Below the pieces are notes generated by a model, which was not told the origin of the DNA, made no database searches, and worked only from the letters and a program-made list of their open reading frames with translations. 64,000 nucleotides of DNA from a virus (Duplodnaviria; Caudoviricetes), in IMG/VR virus record IMGVR_UViG_3300027759_003961, positions 19,059 through 83,058 of that record. One strand, given 5' to 3'. Below are positions 57,076 through 64,000 of this stretch, one piece after another. The stretch's first letter is position 1. The number at the start of each line of letters is the position of its first letter. Both the position numbers and the translations under genes were made by a program.

Positions 57076-57747
57076 ATGATATTTATAAACAACAAATATA
57101 CCCGTTGGTATTACGGCATTATTGATAATGCTACCAACCGTATCAATAATTCTTACACCGAATGTCATCATATTATTCCAGAATGTTTTTTTAAGCATCG
57201 AATAAGGAAGGGACCTGCTGGTTGGGTCGAAGGTAATCCTGAGGATAAATCCAATAAAGTAAAACTTACGGCTAAAGAACATTTTGTATGTCATCATCTT
57301 TTGACTAAAATGCTTGCTGAAACTCGCCCAAGAGCACAAATGATTAAAGCGTTGGAACGAATGACTGTTGGAAACAAAAATCATAATCGTTATACTATAA
57401 CAGCCAGGCTGTTTGAACAAATTCGAATCAATGCCGCACAAGCACATTCAATATTAGTTAAAGGCAAACCCGGGCATTCAAAAGGTAAAAAGTGTCCAAA
57501 CATATCAATAGCTAAAAAAGGTAAATCAATCATTCTTCCACCGAGGACCAAAGAACATCAAGATAAAATTTCTAAAAGTCTCAAAGGTAAACCGGCGTGG
57601 AACAAGGGCAAAAGTTATACAAATAAAAAGTATAAACAACTTACTTGTCCTCATTGCGGCACAGAAGGTATAATTGCTAATATTAAACGCTGGCATATGG
57701 ATAATTGTAAATCAATCCCAATGGGCACGGAAATATTTTCCAAATAA
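57076..57747 (+). mobile_element. Free-standing HNH homing endonuclease with NUMOD-like repeats
   Basis: ECHHIIP...LTAKEHFVCHHLL, KGKPAWNKG, CPHC; opposite strand to its neighbours. Confidence 0.85.
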
Positions 57748-58386
57748 TCTAAAACCATTTTGCATGCGATCTGACCAGACCCTATGACCTTCTTTGTCAT
57801 ACTTAACTTTACTTACGGCATTGGTCATGTCATCTAACCATTCGTTTGTGCCACGCTTGCTGGACTCATAAGCACTATGATCAAAGAACTGGCCTTCGGC
57901 ATCATCCTTACAAAGTTGTTCAAACGCCCATATTTCTTCTGCCAGCACCCAATCCCAACGCATGAACCAAAGACTATCAGTGTCCCATTCATTTTCCTTG
58001 GGCTGTGCCATTGTGCTACGCAGGTATTCGGGCACATCTTCATCGTCTACATGTGGAGCACCATGCTTGGTGGCCTGTAATTGTTTGAGCATGGGCAAAA
58101 TAATGTCGCCCAGGGTATGATCCATCGACCAGGTATCATAGCGATCAATCTTGACGTAGTTAACGGGTGGATGCACAAGATCCAATACCCATTGAATTGC
58201 ACGACAAACAGGACTAATATATTTTGTAATCGGTTCTACCCAAGCTGGATGGTCAACGTAGTCTGCATCTTCAACAATGCTTCGTTTACGCCCACACCGA
58301 CTCCACGCAGTCCAAAAGAACACATATTCTATAACAGTGTATGGGCTAATCCAATGATTACGGTAACAACTTTTATAAACTTTCAT
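57712..58386 (-). CDS. Hypothetical phage protein
   Basis: YDTWSMDHTL...LFGKYF. Confidence 0.7.
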   Translation of the reverse strand: MKVYKSCYRNHWISPYTVIEYVFFWTAWSRCGRKRSIVEDADYVDHPAWVEPITKYISPVCRAIQWVLDLVHPPVNYVKIDRYDTWSMDHTLGDIILPMLKQLQATKHGAPHVDDEDVPEYLRSTMAQPKENEWDTDSLWFMRWDWVLAEEIWAFEQLCKDDAEGQFFDHSAYESSKRGTNEWLDDMTNAVSKVKYDKEGHRVWSDRMQNGFRLFGKYFRAHWD

Positions 58387-58763
58387 TACAATCCTTTATC
58401 TTCCATGCCCTGGACCAACCACTCGGTTAATGGCTCGCCGTGCGTTAATTTAATTTTTAACATACGACCATCCATGAACAGGGCTCGATATTCTTCTTGG
58501 TCTTCTTCTGACCTATAATAGTAAAAACGTATTTCACCATCAAAATCATCACAGCGTACCCAACGCTCGTTGCTTTGAACTATGGTTCCGCCAAGGAACC
58601 CGTCCGCACTGTCAACCCATTCTGAGTCGTATTCTTCGTGCCACAAGTACCAATGCCCCGACGTTTGATCCTGTTCGATCTTGTAATTATCCAGAGTTTG
58701 TAAGGGCGTATCTTTAGTTTGATACTGCCGACCCTTGTACTCGATATTATCAAACATGCCCAT
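58386..58763 (-). CDS. Hypothetical protein
   Basis: MGMFD...YQTKD. Confidence 0.7.
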   Translation of the reverse strand: MGMFDNIEYKGRQYQTKDTPLQTLDNYKIEQDQTSGHWYLWHEEYDSEWVDSADGFLGGTIVQSNERWVRCDDFDGEIRFYYYRSEEDQEEYRALFMDGRMLKIKLTHGEPLTEWLVQGMEDKGL

Positions 58764-58765
58764 GA

Positions 58766-59038
58766 TTAACTCCAGGCCAAACGAAAAAAGGTTGCCAAAC
58801 TATCTGACGCAAATCTATAACCTGATTCGGTTTGCTGATAATCTCTACCGCACTGATAACCGTGATCAACTAACCACTGACTCATGCCCTGAGTTTTTTC
58901 CTGTATTTCTTCGCGGATCTGAACCCGTTCAGCGGCACCACCATGGCGATGGGCACGACCATAACGGCGAACCAAGTCCGCATAAAACGGTTCGGTATCT
59001 ACAGCAACACAAAGGTGTGGGTATAGTAGTTGACTCAT
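58766..59038 (-). CDS. Hypothetical protein
   Basis: 90 aa; promoter at 59044-59073. Confidence 0.6.
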   Translation of the reverse strand: MSQLLYPHLCVAVDTEPFYADLVRRYGRAHRHGGAAERVQIREEIQEKTQGMSQWLVDHGYQCGRDYQQTESGYRFASDSLATFFRLAWS

Positions 59039-59059
59039 ATTGTATTATAGCAGAATTGT

Positions 59060-59311
59060 CTATTTTGGGTCAACCTTGATGCCCAATGTGGCTGGTGCGT
59101 GATCAACACAGGCACCCGTTTCATCTGAATAAAAGAACGCATCTGGGTCTATGATCTGAACCCGCATATCACTGTGACGGAGATCGTAGTCCACAAAATT
59201 ATGGTATAGATCATAGATTCTAAACACATAGCGATCTCCGCCACACCAGATCAGTAGGCCTTCGCGGCCGTCGGCTGATTCAATTTTTACGTTACCAACT
59301 TCCATCATCAA
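59060..59311 (-). CDS. Hypothetical protein
   Basis: 83 aa ORF. Confidence 0.6.
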   Translation of the reverse strand: MMMEVGNVKIESADGREGLLIWCGGDRYVFRIYDLYHNFVDYDLRHSDMRVQIIDPDAFFYSDETGACVDHAPATLGIKVDPK

Positions 59312-59483
59312 TCCATAATCTAACTGTTACAAATAAAAATCTAGCCGACCATGTACGCTCGTTGGGACCAGCCCATTCATCTGTGAACACACGACCAGCT
59401 TGAGGAATCCAGGCCCAGTGCGAGGGATTAACAGTAATAGCTACACTTGCTCCTGAATACCTTAACCATTTATACATTTTCAC
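59292..59483 (-). CDS. Hypothetical protein
   Basis: Trp-rich 63 aa ORF. Confidence 0.55.
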   Translation of the reverse strand: MKMYKWLRYSGASVAITVNPSHWAWIPQAGRVFTDEWAGPNERTWSARFLFVTVRLWIDDGSW

Positions 59484-59817
59484 GTCTCCTTGCTGATTGT
59501 AAACGCATCTTCATTGCGGCTCCCGACAGAAACTGATCATCCGGATCAAAGCTGACACTATTCAAATAGAATTTTTTCAACACACGATCGCCATTCCACC
59601 AACTACGTTGACACTGAATATACCCTTCATCTTCCAACTGATTGCGTAAGGCTTTGAACTCCTCACTGTCGTCTGTGCCCATGACACTACGATTGCCCTT
59701 GCCCTGTAACACTTTAACTAAATCGTCATTGGTTATTGTATCTTTGTCGGCGTAGTCATTCCACTGACGATGATAGTGTGGATGCCAATCTAGGGATTCA
59801 TCTAGCTCAAAAACCAT
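59470..59817 (-). CDS. Hypothetical protein
   Basis: 115 aa ORF. Confidence 0.65.
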   Translation of the reverse strand: MVFELDESLDWHPHYHRQWNDYADKDTITNDDLVKVLQGKGNRSVMGTDDSEEFKALRNQLEDEGYIQCQRSWWNGDRVLKKFYLNSVSFDPDDQFLSGAAMKMRLQSARRRENV

Positions 59818-60737
59818 TAGACCTCCAAGTATTGTAGTTTAAAAAAGTCTGCAATAGACTCGTAGCCAACATAGCCTCTAGGGTTACATACCACACGGGT
59901 TTCGCCAATCCAGTAGTTGAAGTTATGATGCGTGTGTCCGTGCAACCATAATTTAATCTGTGGGCGGGCCTCAATAAAATCATCTAAACTGCTGCGGAAT
60001 GCACCATTTAGCAAGTTACCTTTGTACATGTCAGCTACACTCAGTTCGCTAGGGCAATGATGCCCGACCACAATGTAACTGCCAGGATCGCGGGTTGCAT
60101 GATTAATATAGGCCATCATTTTCTCATGATCCTCTACGCTATCTTCTGGACTCCAACGAGCCGGCTCTTCTTTGAATTTAACGCCATTAGGAACCAGGTT
60201 GCCTTTTTCATCCTTGATATATTTTCCGCCGTTTTTACCATCTTCAGTATAGAGCAAATTTTCCATATACACCGGCACCTGGCGAACAACCATACGATTA
60301 CTATTTTTAACTTCGCGGAAGTCATTCATGGCATCTTTACAGTAGCTCAATGTTAAGCTATTACTGTCATCCATATTGGTCCACAAGGTACCACACACAA
60401 AGGTATGACCTTGATGTTGCCATGTTTCTTTTTCAAGAATATGTAAGTTGCTGTAATCCAAGTGTTCTCTAAGAATGTTGTAAGTATGAGCCGCATCTCC
60501 TGAGTAGTGTTCATGATTGCCCATGATATACACCACTTGAGGAAATTCTTGGCACACATGATCAAAGAACTGTCTATACTCTTTTGCTAAGTGTTGCATA
60601 TATGTAGGGCGACCATCCACAAAATGTTTGGCCACACAGATGTCGCCGGCAAGAACCAAGACATCAGCACCCTCGGTATTATCAAGGGTGATGGGTCCGA
60701 ATTCTAAATGTATATCACTGGCTAGAGCTATTTTCAT
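59817..60737 (-). CDS. Calcineurin-like metallophosphoesterase
   Basis: SDIHLE, LAGDI, GNHEHY, HGHTH, NPRGY. Confidence 0.9.
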   Translation of the reverse strand: MKIALASDIHLEFGPITLDNTEGADVLVLAGDICVAKHFVDGRPTYMQHLAKEYRQFFDHVCQEFPQVVYIMGNHEHYSGDAAHTYNILREHLDYSNLHILEKETWQHQGHTFVCGTLWTNMDDSNSLTLSYCKDAMNDFREVKNSNRMVVRQVPVYMENLLYTEDGKNGGKYIKDEKGNLVPNGVKFKEEPARWSPEDSVEDHEKMMAYINHATRDPGSYIVVGHHCPSELSVADMYKGNLLNGAFRSSLDDFIEARPQIKLWLHGHTHHNFNYWIGETRVVCNPRGYVGYESIADFFKLQYLEV

Positions 60738-61092
60738 TGATGCCCAACTTTAATAATTCTGTTTTAAATTCAGCGATTACTCTTGGATCGCCGCCGGCCA
60801 GGTATGCTGTCTTGCCTGGAAAGCGAGATTGGAATGCAGTACGAATTTCTGCTACTGTTGTACCTTGACATACAAACTGCTTGTCTTCATTATTATAACA
60901 GAAATAAACACCATTGTCTACTTCAATATCCAGACCAACCAAGTCGGTTTGGGCTTGTTGGATGATTTGGTTGACCATGTGATCTACACGACCTCGGATA
61001 CGCTGAAACAAAATCCATATGTAAAGGCCCAGCATTATGAAGCCGATACCTATGCCCATCAAAATTCCACCTACGATCTCATTTAGTTCCAT
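60715..61092 (-). CDS. Membrane-anchored hypothetical protein
   Basis: N-terminal TM segment. Confidence 0.65.
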   Translation of the reverse strand: MELNEIVGGILMGIGIGFIMLGLYIWILFQRIRGRVDHMVNQIIQQAQTDLVGLDIEVDNGVYFCYNNEDKQFVCQGTTVAEIRTAFQSRFPGKTAYLAGGDPRVIAEFKTELLKLGINENSSSQ

Positions 61093-61610
61093 TATGCTAG
61101 TCCTTTGGCTTCAACGCCTGTTTTGTACCACTCGGTTAAGGGTTCAGGTTCTTCGTACTCTTCGTAGCCCCAGACATCGCTGGCTATTTCTTTATAACGA
61201 GCCGGATCACTGCCACAGTCCACGTCATCTGTGTCCAAATACTCACCATCGTATGCGGTAGTGCCTACAAATCCTGCACCGGGTTCCCAATATTCCAAAC
61301 TGAACTGTACTCGTCCATCTGACATGGCCCAAGTAGTAAATGCTTCCACCGGCGGAGCCCATGCCGTACTAAATGAGAATTCAATTGAGTCCGGTTCATC
61401 ATCCGTGTCAATGTAGACATCACTTAGTGACCACTTGGTTCCCCAATTATTTACACGCCACATGTACCAGTCTTGCTCACCCGCAAAATTAGGCTGTGGA
61501 ACCATCCAGGCCAACAACTCACCTTCCGGATCGTTGAGTATTACTCGGATTTCATCGATTACCGGACTTGGTCCTGTAATAGTTGCACGGCACGAACACC
61601 AATTAGGCAT
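61092..61610 (-). CDS. DUF1281/Api92-like ferredoxin-fold protein
   Basis: MPNWC, NWGTKW, FSTAWAPP, YWEPG. Confidence 0.75.
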   Translation of the reverse strand: MPNWCSCRATITGPSPVIDEIRVILNDPEGELLAWMVPQPNFAGEQDWYMWRVNNWGTKWSLSDVYIDTDDEPDSIEFSFSTAWAPPVEAFTTWAMSDGRVQFSLEYWEPGAGFVGTTAYDGEYLDTDDVDCGSDPARYKEIASDVWGYEEYEEPEPLTEWYKTGVEAKGLA

Positions 61611-61642
61611 ATCAACTCCTTGAGTTACAATAATATATAGCT

Positions 61643-61671
61643 ATTATACAAGAAACGGAATTAATGGTCAA
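61643..61671 (-). promoter_or_regulatory. Early promoter
   Basis: TTGACC-N17-TATAAT. Confidence 0.7.
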
Positions 61672-61700
61672 GAAAAAACCCCAGCATTGCACTGGGGTTT
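61672..61700 (-). terminator. Rho-independent terminator
   Basis: AAACCCCAG-TGCAATG-CTGGGGTTT-TTT. Confidence 0.8.
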
Positions 61701-61739
61701 GGGCTCAGTGTCCGGTCTGAATCGGACAGCGTCGAGGTA

Positions 61740-62003
61740 TTAGATACCTAATGCAAGAGCGCGATAGCCAGCGGCTACCAATTTACGTGAAGGTTTGCCC
61801 AACACGTATTCTGTAACATTTACACCGTTGCCAGCTTTGCGTGAGTTTGTGTAAACTGCAAAACCATGGCTACGGATACGACTTACTTCAGCTGACAGGT
61901 TTTTTACGCCCATCTTGCTTGCCTGGCTAGCTGTCAAAGCCTTGCCTTCTTGTAATGCGGAAAATACACGGTACGTCTTGGTTTCTGGATTAATAAATTT
62001 CAT
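61740..62003 (-). CDS. Small winged-HTH-like DNA-binding protein
   Basis: LTASQA...NLSAEVSRIRSHGFAVY. Confidence 0.65.
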   Translation of the reverse strand: MKFINPETKTYRVFSALQEGKALTASQASKMGVKNLSAEVSRIRSHGFAVYTNSRKAGNGVNVTEYVLGKPSRKLVAAGYRALALGI

Positions 62004-62105
62004 TTGATACCTTTCTATGTTAAACGCTGTTTAACAACAGCATATATACATAATACACTGATTAAGTAGAGTTAGCAATACTGTTTGGCAAAATTAAATA
62101 CTATT

Positions 62106-62600
62106 ATGACATATTATGTTTACGCATATCTCCGAAAAGATGGAACCCCTTATTATATTGGTAAAGGAAAAGGATTACGGGCATACGAAAGACATGATAC
62201 TATTCCGTTACCGGGCGATCCCATCCGAATTATTATGCTTGAAACTAATTTAACCGAATTAGGAGCCCTGGCTATTGAGCGTAGGATGATTCGCTGGTAT
62301 GGTCGTAAGGATTTAGGAACTGGTATTTTGCGTAATCGCACAGACGGTGGCGATGGTGCAAGTGGTTTAAAAAGGTCTAAAGAATCTAATCAAAAAACGT
62401 CAATGACCATGACAGGAAAAATAAGAGGCCCGTTAACTGAGGAACATAAAGACAAGTTACGTGGGAAAAGAAAATCAACAGGCCCTAGATCAGCAGAAAC
62501 TATTGAAAAGATTCGCCTAAAATTAACAGGTAGAAAACTAACAGATCAGCACAAACAAAATTTATCAACCGCTAAAAAACAATATTACAGCAGTACATAA
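62106..62600 (+). mobile_element. GIY-YIG-like homing endonuclease with NUMOD3-type repeats
   Basis: YYVYAYLR...[22 protein letters not shown] repeats. Confidence 0.8.
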
Positions 62601-62656
62601 TGTAGCCGTTAGGATAGCTATTTTACCATAAATAACTAAAAAGGCTAACTCCAACC

Positions 62657-64000
62657 ATGACACAGTATGTAATCAACATTGGCGCAGTACCAAACGATGG
62701 CACGGGCGATCCACTACGCACTGCTTTTAACGAAACCAACCTGAATTTTGATCAGGTTTTTGCCGCAGGACCAGTTTTAAGCAACATTCAGATAGCCAAC
62801 AACAAAATCTTAACCACTAATACCAATGGAAACTTGGTCCTAGCACCAAATGGTACAGGTGTAGTACAGAGCAATGTCAGCATTGTTCCAAACACAGCCA
62901 ATATTCGCAATCTAGGCAGTGCCACACAGCGTTGGGCCACAGTTTATACTCAATATTTAAATGTCACTTCAGGCACGTCAGTGAACGGTAACTTGACTGT
63001 TGATGGTAATTTGATAGTGATGGGCAATGTCATCAACATGGGCAACATTGTCACAGATACCTTGACCATACAGTTGGCCAACACCACAACAACTGCCAAT
63101 GCGGCCAACGGTGCTGGTATCACTGTAGGAACCAATGACGATATTGCTACTATTTTATACAATTCTACCAGCAACGTCTGGACCACAAACATTGGACTAA
63201 GTTCAGTAGGCAATATCTCTGCACCATATTTGTTTGGCAACGGAAGCCAACTGACCGGATTGCCGGTACAATATGGCAATGCCAATGTGGTCACATTGTT
63301 GGCAGGATTTGGCTCAAACACTATTTCAACCACTGGTAATATCACAGGTGGATTTATTTTCGGTAACGGCAGTCAATTAACTGGATTACCAGCAACGTAT
63401 GGCAATGCCAATGTTGCCACATTCTTGGCGTCATACGGTAGCAATACTGTCAGCAGTACAGGCAACATCACGACCACTGCCAATGTCTCAGGTGGATTTA
63501 TTTTAGGAAACGTGGCATTTGCTAATGGATTACCAGCAACTTATGGTAACGCCAACGTAGTGGCCAATTTGGCTGCATTGGGATCAAATCCAGTAAGCAC
63601 CACTGGCAACGTTTCCGGTGCCTACATTAAAGGCAACGGCAGTGAGTTGACCAGTTTACCAGCTCCTGTAGTCACACAAGATATTAGCTCCAACGGTAAC
63701 ATGAGTATAATGACCTATGATGGCAACATAAAATATGTAAACTATGCCACAGTTGAACCCTCCAGTGGCAACATTGCAGGCGGCAACATTAGTACTACTG
63801 GATTGGTCAGTGCTACAGGCAACATCACCGCTGGTAATATCAGCACTGGAACTATCACACTCACCAACGGTGCAGTGATTCGAGATACCACAGGTGATGC
63901 AGTAGCATTTGGTCAAAATGCTGGTGCAACTGGTCAAGGCCTGGTTGCAATAGCCATTGGCGACTCGGCTGGTAATGTCAATCAAGGTAATATATCAGTG
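62657..64000 (+). CDS. Tail fibre protein, runs off the window end (not in ORF track)
   Basis: MTQYVINIGAVPNDGTGDPLRTAF, GNGSQLTGLP repeats, TAAATA upstream. Confidence 0.85.
   Translation, partial: MTQYVINIGAVPNDGTGDPLRTAFNETNLNFDQVFAAGPVLSNIQIANNKILTTNTNGNLVLAPNGTGVVQSNVSIVPNTANIRNLGSATQRWATVYTQYLNVTSGTSVNGNLTVDGNLIVMGNVINMGNIVTDTLTIQLANTTTTANAANGAGITVGTNDDIATILYNSTSNVWTTNIGLSSVGNISAPYLFGNGSQLTGLPVQYGNANVVTLLAGFGSNTISTTGNITGGFIFGNGSQLTGLPATYGNANVATFLASYGSNTVSSTGNITTTANVSGGFILGNVAFANGLPATYGNANVVANLAALGSNPVSTTGNVSGAYIKGNGSELTSLPAPVVTQDISSNGNMSIMTYDGNIKYVNYATVEPSSGNIAGGNISTTGLVSATGNITAGNISTGTITLTNGAVIRDTTGDAVAFGQNAGATGQGLVAIAIGDSAGNVNQGNISV

Noticed and set aside
1-64000. tRNA/tmRNA genes and stop-codon recoding
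   Set aside because: No T-loop/acceptor-stem pattern seen by eye (tRNAscan-SE or ARAGORN would be decisive). Known genes are full length in the standard code.

Overview
This 64 kb window is a fragment of a large lytic dsDNA phage (jumbo/T4-like myovirus style), with dense, mostly minus-strand genes in the standard genetic code. A Bug/TctC binding protein, AhpC-AhpD and a DUF4214-type protein point to a betaproteobacterial host, possibly freshwater; this is inferred. Gene content, left to right: modular head/internal proteins, including a ~1400 aa nucleotidyltransferase + zinc peptidase + amidoligase polyprotein; ClpA and DnaJ; a complete lysis cassette (holin, spanins, GH19 endolysin); a sulfotransferase/SGNH/APS-kinase/methyltransferase cluster; PhoH, clamp loader, GroES and a DnaE fragment; baseplate and tail-fibre genes; ErpA, SOD, IF-1, a radical SAM enzyme, a SleB hydrolase and Hc1; early-promoter cassettes; a PlcP-like phosphoesterase + GT4 pair with Pho-box-like repeats; AhpCD; an ABC-GNAT/HNH-like/DGQHR-like operon; and two homing endonucleases. 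Two promoter classes recur: GGTTGAC-N17-TATAAT (early) and TAAATA (late-like). I saw no tRNA, rRNA or CRISPR array. Best leads: (1) a phage-borne, possibly Pho-regulated phospholipid-to-glycolipid remodelling module; (2) a shuffled ~35 aa GPDWP module in three unrelated enzymes; (3) two large structured non-coding regions and a candidate sRNA; (4) a protease-processed effector polyprotein. All family calls come from motif recognition by eye, not database searches.
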